From: the human T2T-CHM13v2.0 reference genome, Homo sapiens | NCBI RefSeq assembly: GCF_009914755.1 | Contig: NC_060936.1 | Length of the DNA stretch: 64,000 nucleotides | Direction: 5' to 3' (one strand) | Shown here: one piece after another, positions 1-14,479 of the stretch | Layout: every line of letters begins with the position of its first letter | Position numbering within the stretch: position 1 is the first letter of the stretch | The notes under the pieces: generated by a model | What the model saw: the letters and a program-made list of their open reading frames with translations, nothing else | Told to the model about the DNA's origin: nothing | Database searches by the model: none | Translations under genes and position numbers: made by a program

Positions 1-580
1 AAAGAGGGTTTTCTGTCTCTTCTGCCGTAGTCACAGTGCGTAATGCGGTGCATGGGACACAGTAAGTGCTCGGTAACAGTTGTTAAATGAAATAAGGACA
101 CACATTTTAAGAGCCCCTAACAGCCCCACTGATATTCCTGTGCCATTGGGAAACGCCATCCAATCACTCTGCTCTCTTCAGTCAGATTTTTCAAAGATAA
201 CCAAACCGTATATCTGAACTAAGTATTTCTACAAAAATAACTCACATTAAATGGATGAATTTCGTGGAAGATACAAATGCCAAGAGTCCATTCAAGAAGA
301 AATAGATAACTTGAGTGGCTCCATGTTTATTAAAGAAACTTAATTTATAGTTAAAGCCTTCATACAAAGAAAACTCCACAGATAGTTTTGCTGGGGATTT
401 CTAACAATTATTTGTGGACAAATTAATACCAATTCTGCACAAACTCTTCCAAAAAACTGAAGGAACGGAACTCTACCCAATTCATTCTTTGAGGCTAGCA
501 TTAGTTACCCTGATACCAAAGTCAAAAGCATTATAACAAAATTGTAGGTCACTATGACTCATAAACAAAAAAAATTATAA

Positions 581-939
<359 letters not shown>

Positions 940-1845
940 AAGGTAACCCATCTTAACCAAATAGAGTTTATCCTGGGATTGCAAGTTTAGTTTAACATGT
1001 GAAAAATCAATCGATGTCATTCATTATACAAAGAATTCTATGATGATCTAACTAGACGTGCACACGAAAGTATCTGAGAAATGACAACGTCTATAACTGA
1101 TAACACCACTCAGCAACATGATAAGAGAAAGAAACTTCCTCCATGAGATAAAGAGCACCTATGAAATACTTGCAATTAACAACCTTAAGGTAAAAAATTG
1201 ACTGCTTTCTCCCTAAGATTGGACACGAGACAAGGATGTCACCCTTACCACTTCTATTTAAAATTGTACTGGAGATTTAAGCCAATGCAATATGACAAGA
1301 ATGAGAAATAGACAGCATTTATAGATTGGAAAAGAAGGAGGAAAATGGTCTTTATTTGTGGACAACAGGATAGGCTAGGTGGAAAATCCAACAGAATTAA
1401 CAAAAGAGCTACAAAGAACTATTAAATGAATTTGGCAAGGTAGCAGAAAAGGAGATCAACATACAAAAAATAATGTGTCACTATATACTAGCAACAAACA
1501 AAAACTTAAAGTTTAAAAAAATACAGATTAAAATAGCCTTAAAAATACAAAATATCTACAGGCACACTTGACAAAAGATATGAATGACTTGCCAACTGAA
1601 AATAACACAATATAGCTGAGAAAAATTAAAGACGACCTAAATAAGCAGAGAGATATCTTGCGTTTGTGGATCGGAAGAATCTATGTTGTTAAGAGGTCAT
1701 TTTTTAATGAATTGATCTACAGATTCAACATGACCCTGTCAAAATCCAATTATGCTTTTTTTGTAGAAATTGACAAGCTAATCCTAAAGATCCACATTAA
1801 AATGCAAGGGATGTAAAATAGACCCTGCCAAAAAAACAAAATTGG

Positions 1846-2266
<421 letters not shown>

Positions 2267-2282
2267 TTAGCAACTGATTGTC

Positions 2283-2403
2283 TTTTGGAATTTTTGATGG
2301 GGTCTATGTCACTCAGCGTGGCCTCAAACTTCTGAGCTCAAGCGATCCTCCCACTTCGGGCTCCCAAAGCACTGGGATTACAGCTGTGAGCCACCACACT
2401 AAG
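2283..2403 (-). mobile_element. FLAM/AluJ monomer
   Basis: Single monomer (ctcaagcgatcctccc...gggattacag...gagccacc) flanked by caactgatt direct repeats. Confidence 0.85.
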
Positions 2404-3218
2404 TTACAACTGATTTTAACAAAGATGCAAAGAGAATTTGATGGAGAAAGAGTTATCTTTTCCAAAAATGGTGATGGAAATATTGGAGAGTCATACGCAA
2501 TAAGTAAACTTCAACATCCTTCACATCATATGCAATAAGTAAACCCATCCTTCACGATACGCAAAAATTAACGCAAAATAGATCATCAATTTGTGACTTT
2601 AGATTAAACAACTTTTTTTAGATCTGACACCAAAGTACATTCTGTCAGAACAAACTGGTAAATTAGATGTCATGAAAAGTACAAGGTTCTGCATTTTGAG
2701 TGACATCATTAAGAGAATGACAATAAAAGCAACATACTGGGAGAAGACATTTGCAACTAATATATCTGACAAGAGAGCGTATGCAGATTATACAAAGAAT
2801 TTTCAATATTCAATAAAAAACAAGCCATCCAATTAAACTAATGGGCAAAATGATTTGAAAAACACTTCACCCAAGAAGACATATGGCAAATAAGCACATG
2901 AAAAGATGAGCAATAGCATTAGTCACTGGGGAAGTGCAAATAAAACTCAAAATATCATAATACCATGACTTACCCATTAAACTAACCAGAATTAAAAACA
3001 CTGGGCATGCAAGTGCTAGCAAGGATACAGATGATTGGAACTCTCATATACTGCTAATCGGAGTATATAATGGCCCTACCATTTAAATAATTTGGCAATT
3101 AACTACAATGTGTTATAGTTGTACATATTGACAGTTTTACAGTTTCTGCAAATGTTAAATGCACACCTACGTATATCCAGCCATTTCATCACTACATTTT
3201 CCACCCAAGTGAAATTAT

Positions 3219-3586
3219 TGTGAAAGGAAAATAATTCTTGGGGCCCCCAAATCACTAAGCTAAAGGTAAAAGTCAAGCTGGGCACTGCTGAGGGTAAACC
3301 TGCCCCATTCTATTCAAAGTCCCCCCTCTGCCCACAGAGAAATGCATATCCGATCACCTCCTTTGGAGAGGCTTATCAGAAACTGAAAAGAATGTAACCG
3401 TCTGTCTCTTACCTACCTGCGACCTGGGAGCCCCCACTCTGCCTCCACCTTTCTAGTCTGGAGTTGCCCCACCTTTCCTGACTGAACCAGTGTACATCTT
3501 ACACATATTGATTGATATTTCATGTCTTCCTAAAATGCATAAAATCTACCTGTGCCCCGACCACCTTAGGCACATGTTGTCAGGAC
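3219..3586 (+). mobile_element. ERV1 LTR, MER4A1-like, 3' part missing
   Basis: Starts tgtgaaaggaaaataa...ggggcccccaaatcactaagctaaagg and follows the recalled consensus to gcacatgttgtcaggac. Confidence 0.85.
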
Positions 3587-4200
3587 TGACAGAGCAGGAG
3601 CACTGCCATCTTGGACAAGTACTGCCATTTTAAGTTTCACCTTGATCAAAACCCACCAAAATCCAAAGGGCATCAGCCTAATGGCTAAGGTCAGCATGAC
3701 CATACAACACAAATGACGTCTCCGACCAGAAACATTCCAAACCCCTCCCCGACCAGAGACCTGCCAGCCCCAAGATAACCTCCCCTCCTGCCGGAAGGAT
3801 GTCAGCCCCAACAGAACCTCCCCGCTGGCCAGAAGGATGTCGGCCCCAACAGAACCTCCCCCGTCTGGCCGGAAGGATGTCAGCTCCAACAGAACCTCCC
3901 CACTGTCCAGTAGGATGTCAGCCCCAACAGAACCCCTACTCTGGCCGGAAGGATGTCAGCCCCAACAGAACCTCCCCTCTGGCTGGAAGGATGTCAGCCC
4001 CAGTGGAACCTCCCCTCTGGCTGGAAGGATGTCAGCCCCAATAGAACCTCCCCTCTGCCCAGAGACATTCCAACACTGCCATAAACTTCTCCCCTACACA
4101 AAAACATTCCAAGCTTGTGATAAGCCCCCTCACCCTAAAACCAATATGTACTCTTAGTCTGTAAGACAGAATGCTCCTGACTGAAATTGGCCAGAAGCCC
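3587..4200 (+). mobile_element. ERV1 LTR, MER61-like, nested in MER4A1 and 3'-truncated
   Basis: Starts tgacagagcaggagcactgccatcttggacaag...aatggctaaggtcagcatgacc; ends abruptly at ccagaagccc. Confidence 0.8.
3777..4058 (+). repeat. 38-bp minisatellite, ~7 copies, inside the MER61 LTR
   Basis: Unit aacctcccctctggccggaaggatgtcagccccaacag; ggatgtc recurs at 3797, 3835, 3875, 3913, 3951, 3989, 4027. Confidence 0.95.
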
Positions 4201-4274
4201 GTGATCCGGTAGTTCATCTGAAAACTCATTTAACTGAATGCTCCAAGGGATGACCAAGCTGCTACAATGCTGCT

Positions 4275-4449
4275 TCTTCCCCTTCAAGTCTAGGGATGGT
4301 AACAGCTTCCTGCTGTTGCTAGACCCTGTATGCATCACTACTTATTGGTTCTCTTAACCTCCCCACACCTCTATAAGTTGTCCCTTGTAGCCATCTCCAA
4401 ACCCTAGCTGAGCACATCCTTCATCTCCTGCCAGGGTGCTGACTGCACA
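4275..4449 (+). mobile_element. ERVL LTR 3' fragment (LTR33-like)
   Basis: gggatggtaacagcttcctgctgttgctag...ctgccagggtgctgactg resembles the recalled LTR33 3' end. Confidence 0.55.
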
Positions 4450-5411
4450 TTCTCTGCAAGTCCACGCTCAACTCACGGTGAGCATTTATACACCTTGTCA
4501 GGAGAGCAAGCATGTTTGGGAATCAGGGTTTGGTTAACACTCTTACTGACAAGGCTCATTCTCTGTGTGATTTAACCAACCAGAAGGACGACCAGTAATC
4601 AAGATCACAAGCTAAAACTGAGTTAGTCCAGGCCGCCGGAGCTCTCACCTGAGTGAAATCAGACCAACCATATCAACTGCCTAAAAGCCACGGGCTGCTC
4701 ACCCACCCTGGGGATGGGGTCAAAGAGGGCAGGCAAAAAAAAAAAAAAAAAAAAAGCAAACCGGCTGGTGAATGTGATTATCTTTTACTTCTTGTTGGAT
4801 TGACAGCCTCTGGGTTGTGGTACATCCATCATGTTGAAAAGCCAGCTACATCCATGGATTAAAAATTAATTTACTGCCCAGCCTGGCTTCCAGCTTGATG
4901 CCTTAATTAAGTTTGTTATTGCAGTGGTGCTGAGCTCCAAGGCATCATTCAGCCCAGTCTAGAGACCTCAGTGTTTGGGGAGAGGTTTATGAGCTCTGTA
5001 ATGCAATTATCTTCCAACACACATAGAATGCTTATCTCCAAAGTCACTCTGAATTCATCCCAGGTTCTTTGTGCATATGTAACTAGGAAGAGAGTTATTG
5101 ATCTACTTCTTCAAAGACACACTCACAATAGTCTTGAATCTCAAATGACAGGAGAATTTGATCCTATTGCTGGGAAAGACACTGCTTGGAGGAGCACATT
5201 AATTTAATTAAACATTTAATTGAGCAGCTACTATATATGTTCAGTATGCAAATAGGTGTGACATAATCCCTGTAGAAGCTTTCAGCGAACCTTTTAACTA
5301 AATGGAATGTCAATGAGAAGGAATAAAGAGACAGCTCCTTATCACACCCCCTGCAGCCTCTGGCCAAGAAAGGTCTCCAGAGATTTTTCTTTCTTTCTTT
5401 AAGAAATATTT

Positions 5412-5552
5412 GGCCAGGCACGGTGGCTCGTGCCTGTAATCCCAATACTTTCAGAGGCCGAGGTGGGTGGATCATCTGAGGTCTGGAGTTCAAAACCAGT
5501 CTGGCCAGTATGGCAAAACCTCGTCTCTACTAAAAAATACAAAAAAAGAAAA
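5412..5552 (+). mobile_element. AluS left arm only, inserted at the edge of a MIR (MIR continues to ~5690)
   Basis: Left monomer plus A-rich linker/tail; TSD aagaaatattt on both sides. Confidence 0.9.
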
Positions 5553-6479
5553 AAGAAATATTTATACAGTGCTAACTTGTGCCAGGCATATGACAAACAT
5601 TAACCCATTAACCCTCATAATAATCAGAGAAATCCTAAGGTAGGTACCCACATTGTTCACATTTTGCTGAAGACGACACAGGCACTCTGCCGCCCATCTC
5701 TCTCAACACCTAACCTACCTTATCCATTTCAGCTCTGAGGTCCCAAAGGAACATTCAGCATCATAGGTGGGGCTGGCTGTGCTCCAGACACACCCTTTGA
5801 AGTTAGGAGGATGTGTCCCTTCAATGCCCTCCGCCCATTTGGGGGAGGTTTCTTGCATTTGCAAGGACAGTTTGGATGATGTGCACAAGTCCCAGAAATT
5901 CGGCCACCTGTGTGGCAGCGCTGGGAGCTGCTTCCCCAGGGACTCCTGTAAGCGTGGGATGGCTCCCGCCTTGTGTGCCATTGGCAGGGCTACCATTGAC
6001 TTCTTTTGCTTGACTTTTTTGGTAGCAAACGTGTACTTTGATCATTGTCTGATGCGTAAGTAACAGTCATTAAAGAATTGAACAAACAGATGTAGACGGT
6101 CGCATGACAGAAGAATTCGCCAACAGTGGTTCTGTTGCACCATATTGTAATCAACAATGTTAAGAATGTGTTTCCATTTTTAATAGGATTTGGTGTTCTT
6201 TTAGCATAAACAGAGAAGTGTTATTTTGGCAGCTCAAAAATTGAATTATGACAATGATACTTTTTAGCTATGAGAATTCACCCTGCAAGGGGTCTATCAG
6301 GAATAATTAACACACCCCCTTCCGGAAGAGGAGAAGAACATATTTCTCATTTATAGAGATGAGGTTTTCAGTTGCAGCACTGGTCAGTGAAGCAATACAA
6401 TTTCCACTTGTCAATCTCGTAATTTTAAAACCAAAATTGGCACCATATTTCATATTCAAAATATATCAAGAAACAGTAC

Positions 6480-7000
6480 TAATAAAAAGACAAGCAAAAG
6501 ATAAACTCAAGTGGCAAATGAGCACATGAAAACATGGCCATCACTAGCCATCCAGGATATGCAAATGTAAACAATGGGTTCCCATCAGATGTGCACATTT
6601 TACCAATCTGACTATACCAAGTGTTGACAAGGCAGGGAAGCATGCCCACCTGTACAGAACTGGCAGGATCATCAGTCAGTTGGCCCAGCTGCTAGAAGCA
6701 CTGGGAAGTCTCTGTTGAAATAGAAGTGAGCACATCCCATAACCCTACTAACTTCAACGGACTCAACACATGCGCTCGGAAGGCAGGTGTAAGCACCTGC
6801 ATCATGGAAGAGTGGAAACAACCCAATAGAGAAATGGATAAGGAAAATTTGTCAGCCCCAGTGCATCTCAAAACACAATGCAGATCAAAAATAGAAGATG
6901 CAGAATCATGTACCCAGTATGATATTTATGAAGAAAATTTACATAAAACCATGTTTTTATGGAGACTGACAGATGGGTAAGTACAGGCATAAGATACACT
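6480..7000 (+). mobile_element. Old L1M 3' fragment
   Basis: gcacatgaaaacatg...atgcaaat...accaagtgttgacaagg motifs. Confidence 0.65.
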
Positions 7001-7002
7001 TG

Positions 7003-8552
<1,550 letters not shown>

Positions 8553-8714
8553 TGAAAGTATACTTTAAAACCTGGAAAGATACATACTATCCTAATAATA
8601 TAATGGATGCTTCTGGGAGTGGAGGGTGGGTAGGTGTTGCAGTAGACTCTATAAATCAAAGAATTGAACTTTACTTGTAATGCCTGATTTATTTTTAAAG
8701 GTGGTCTGGTCTCT

Positions 8715-9168
8715 TCAATAAGTCAATCACGCGGGGAAACCGTGTTTCCAACTAAAAGAGACTAAAAAGACGTGGCTGCCAACATCATACATGAGGCGTG
8801 GCTGGATCTGGGTGCAATCAAAATAACAAGGTATAAAAAATGTCCTGGGGATAACTAAAAATTTTGAATATGGGATGACCACCGTATGCTATTGGGGAAT
8901 TACTGTTCATTTTTAGGTATGACAATGGCATTGTGGTTGTGTAGAAAATAATTTTATTTTTAATGATGCATGATAAAGTAGTAATAAAGTGACAATATCT
9001 ACAACTTTGAAATAACTCAGTAAAAAAATAGATGATGATAGACAGGCAGACAGCAAATATGACAATGCTGTTACATGATTGCGTCTGTGTGCTGTGTGGG
9101 GGTTCATTGTGCTATTCTTGCAATTTCAAGGTACGCTTTCAATTTTTCATAAGTAAAAGCTAAAAATG
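8715..9168 (+). mobile_element. Old L1ME/L1MC 3' end
   Basis: taaaagagactaaa...tttgaatatgg...taggtatgacaatggcattgtggtt motifs. Confidence 0.65.
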
Positions 9169-9490
<322 letters not shown>

Positions 9491-10230
9491 CTAAAAATGA
9501 AAGGTTAATGTGTAACTTTTTGAAAGTATGAACAATAACAACTGGAAGTAAATATGGTAAAAAATAAAAAATAAAAAAAGATTGGCCCTGCCTGAGAGTC
9601 TATATGGTGGGAATTACACACAGGTGTTTTCTTGTCTGTATGTTTCTGAGAAAAAACGTTCTCCCAAATTAAAAATCACAGTCAGAACATTGCATTCCTG
9701 GGATTACCCCCTCTCACTATTATTCTACCACTAACTGCCTGGGCTAGGCCATAAAAAAGGAAGCACGGGGTTTGCAGAGAGGCACAAGCGTGACGCGTGG
9801 GCAGGGAGTCGCGCGTCTACACAGCTCCTCAGTTCCACGCAAGGAGGCAGGTCTTTAGGTGGCTGTCACCGCATCAGCGCTGTGGAGGCGGGGAGGAGTG
9901 CAGGTTGAAGAGGCGGAAGCTGAGCCAACAAGTCCCAAAAGGTATTCTGTGGAGTGTCTCTTGGGATTCACCATTTATAGCAAAACTCTTAGTGGCTTCC
10001 ATCCAAACCTTATCTGAAAGTCTGCACTTCATGAGCTGTAAACTGTTGGAGCAAGCGGTAGAGATCATGAACTGGAGATACTCTCCAGCCTCCTCCTCAC
10101 CTTCTAAATATGACCTGTGTGAAGAATTCTGCCCTGGTCCTACAGCCTGGCTTTTGCTTGAAGTCAAAAATAATGCAAAATGTCTCCAGGCCGCAACAGT
10201 CCAAGTCACCACAACAAGCAGTTCCAATTC

Positions 10231-10516
<286 letters not shown>

Positions 10517-12073
10517 CAGTTCAAATTCTTTAAACACAGCTCACTCTACCAGTGAGCCTGAGGTGTAGAAAGTATTCCTTCTTCACGTTTAATTTCTGTA
10601 TATAGTCCCAGCTTAAATCCTGTAATGCACCTGGGCAGAGCACTCACTCTCCCACAGACCCGGTCATCTGAAACATTCCCACTAAGTGTTTGCTGATGTT
10701 TCCAGGCGGGGAGAAAGGGCCCTACCCATGACCGCATCTGCTCAGATCACAATTTAACAGGCTGATTAAGATGATGTTTAATAGACGGGTGCCTCCATTT
10801 GATAGCTTTCCTTGAATTTGCCACACAGTGCCCCGGCTAATCGTGGCTACTTGTGCATCCGTGGGTTTCTGCCACGTCTCCACACCCAGAACCATGCTTC
10901 CACACGCTCGGTGGGAACATGCTGCTTATTCATGGTGCTTTGATCATCTCCTGTGAGTTTCTCGGGGACAGGCATGAAACCACTGCCTCCTTAAGTCATC
11001 CTCACCGGCGACTGTTTCTCCACACTCAGCCCGAGAGCGAGTCAGACACAAATCCGACTCCCCAGCAAGGAGAAGCCTGCATTGGTCAGAAACTGCTCGG
11101 AATGCTCAGTAAGGGGAGCCCCAGAAAACTATTCATTCCACCAGGTTCAAGTTCCATCTCCTTTTTTTCCACTTTTCTCTCCACGCTGACCAAGCAGAAG
11201 CATCCATTTTTACAGCCGCTTAGGTTCTGTGTTGGGTGCAAGCATCAGAAATAAAGGCCATGACTCCACCAAAAGGGGAGCTCCCAGCAGGATGTGGGAA
11301 TGTGTGGGGGTCAGAGGTTTGGAGGGCCAGGCGCAGAAGGTAGGGGTTCCCCTGCAAAAGGACCTGCCAGAAGTTCCTGTCCCCCAACCTGGAAACTTGC
11401 CACTGAAGTAAATATGCTCAAAACGTTGATTTTTTTCCTTGATTCACTCAAAGATTCAGCGTCCTAGGACAGCGCTTCCAGTCAACCTTCCATGTCTGAC
11501 CTCCCAGCCCCTGCCTGGGAACCAGGGCAGGAAAAGGAAAAATATCCAGTGGAAAGAGCTGCTAGAAAACGCTTTGGTTTCTATTGTGAATGGGCAAGTT
11601 CTCCAAGCTTACGGCTGAATAAAACAACACACAACAGGACAATGGGAAACCAAGAGACTCTTAGGACTAGAGGATGCTGGGCAGGAAGGCCAACGACACC
11701 ACCACAGGGGGTCGCAGACAGCATTTCCTATGCACAGCCCACTGGCATTGCATGTAGCCTCCTGCCTACACTGATTTCTCTGGGCCCTTCAGGGAAGTTT
11801 CAAGTTCTCAGGGCCAAAGAGACCTTCAGTCCAGGCTACGTGTGCCTCTTGCAGGTCTGATCACCCACCCTGGTGTCTCTCTACTGGGGAGGAGGGAAGT
11901 CTCAGCTCCCCAGAGATGAAGAGGCTTCCCCAGGTCAGGAGCTGTTGGGCTAGGACCCTCCTCCTGGGGGGAGGTGGGCAGTGGGGAGAAGCATCTCCAC
12001 CGGGGAGGGGAGGCTCAGGCCCTGTGGGGACAGAGCGCTGCCCAGGCCACTCCTCTTTAGGACTCTGATTTTG

Positions 12074-12777
12074 TATGAGTTTATCATGTATCACGTGGCA
12101 TTTTGACATATACATACCTTGTGGAATGGTTAAATCTAGTTAATTAGCAAGTACATTACCTCATAGTTATTTTGTGGTGAGAGAACTTAATACCCACTCT
12201 CTTAACATTTTTAACCAATACATCGTCATTAACTATGGTCAGCTTGCAGTGCAGTGGATCTGAAATGCACCCTCCTGTCTAACTGTAATTACACGTCCTT
12301 TAACCAGCATCTCCCCATGGCCCCCAGCACCCCAGCCTCTGGTAACCACATTCCATTCTCTACTTCTACGAGATCAACTTCTTAGCTGCCATGTATGAGT
12401 GAGGTCATTCAGTATTTGTCTTTCTGTGCCTGGCTGATGACTTAATGCAGCATCCTCCAGGTTCATCCATGTTGTCAGAAAACTGTATGGAGGTTCCTCA
12501 AAAAGCAAAAATGGAATGGCCACGAGCCCACTATGTCACTGGTACCGACCCAAAGAAAATGAACTGAGTCTGTCGCAAAGCTGTCTGCACCCCCACGTAT
12601 GAACTGAGTCTGTCACAAAGCTGTCTGCCCCCCCACGTTTATACAGCACCATTCCCACTAGCCAAGGTGTGGAATCAACCTAAGTGTCCATCGATGGATG
12701 AATGGATCAAGAAAATGTGTTCTCTACACAACGGAATGCTGTTCAGCCATTTTAAAAAAAAATGAAATCCTGACACT
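12074..12777 (-). mobile_element. L1MA (MA5-MA7 class) 3' end with an inverted 5' segment
   Basis: 12074-12477 is antisense 3'UTR; 12478-12777 is the preceding L1 segment in sense orientation; 40-bp internal tandem duplication at 12559-12638. Confidence 0.85.
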
Positions 12778-12935
12778 GATGTTGGCAGGGCCTTGATTAA
12801 CCCTCCTTGGTGATATGGTCAGAGGGACCCCGACCCCCAGAGGAGAACTGAGCCACCTGGGGGACCTTCTCTGGTGAGGTCGGGGGTCAGGAAATGTTGG
12901 GCCTGGGTCACTTTCTTCTGTTGGATGGAAGCGGG

Positions 12936-13480
12936 GTGGTTAGTCAGGGTTCCCTGGAGAAACAGGACAGGATAGATACACATGAAGATACTTATTTGGG
13001 GAGTTTCCTCGTGTGATTACAGAGGCCAATAAGTCCCATGATCTGCCGTCTGGAGAGCCAGGAATACTGATGGTGGGAATTCAGCCTGAGACTGCAAGCT
13101 TGAGAACTGCAGAAGCCAACGGTATCGCTCCCAGCCCAGGGCTGCAGGTCTGGGAAGTGGGGGTAGGGCACTGGAGGGGGACTGGTCGAGGCCCAGAGTC
13201 CAGAGGTCTGAGACCCAGGAGCTTCAGCATCTGCGGGCAGGACAGACGGAAGTCCCAGCTCCAGAAGGGAGCAAATTCACCTCTCCCCTGCCTTTTTGTT
13301 CTGCTTGGGCCCTCGATGAATCAGAGGATGCCCTCATACATTTGTGACGATTCCTTAGTCCACTGATCCGAATGCTCACCTTCTCCAGAAACGCCCTCAC
13401 AGGCACCCCAAAAAATAGTGTGTGGCCAGTTCTCTGGGCATCCCTCAACCTAGTTAAGTTGGCACAAAGTCAACCATCAC
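12936..13480 (-). mobile_element. MLT2B-like ERVL solo LTR
   Basis: ttagtcagggttc...gagaaacag at one end and aagttggcaca...aaccatcac at the other. Confidence 0.85.
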
Positions 13481-13481
13481 G

Positions 13482-13657
13482 GGGGGAAAATGGGAAGCCT
13501 GCTCCTCCCAGTCCCTCCCGTTCTGGGGGAAAATGGGAAGCCTGCTCCTCCCGGTCCCTCCCGTTCTGGGGGAAAATGGGAAGTCTGCTCCTCCCGGTCC
13601 CTCCCGTTCTGGGGGAAAATGGGAAGCCTGCTCCTCCCGGTCCCTCCTGTTCTGGGG
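13482..13657 (+). repeat. 43-bp minisatellite, 4 copies
   Basis: Unit gggggaaaatgggaagcctgctcctcccggtccctcccgttct starting at 13482, 13525, 13568, 13611. Confidence 0.95.
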
Positions 13658-13870
13658 CCTCTGGCAGTTCAGCTTCCAGGGTCCTCTCTTCATCAAGTCT
13701 TGCTCCATTTCCAGGGCTTAAAGCTACACTTTGAAGGGAGGGTCTACGCCATCTGTGTGGCCCCAAAAGTCAGGTAATTTTTTAAAAACCTCTCCATGCT
13801 TGTATAATACTTAACAGATTTAATAAACACTTATCTCTTTGATAAATAAAAACAAAAGGATAAAAACTAA

Positions 13871-14298
<428 letters not shown>

Positions 14299-14479
14299 TC
14301 ACATCCATTGGAGGCTGTTGCTGCCCAGCGAGTCCCTGGCCACTCTGCCTCCGAGTTCCCTCATTTCTAAAGCTCTAGCAGCATCAGCTCCCAGGTGACT
14401 TCACCCTGGGGAGTCTCATCCAACACCTCATTTCACAGAGGAGGCCTCAAAAAGGCCAGGAGAAGAGAGCATTGTGCCT

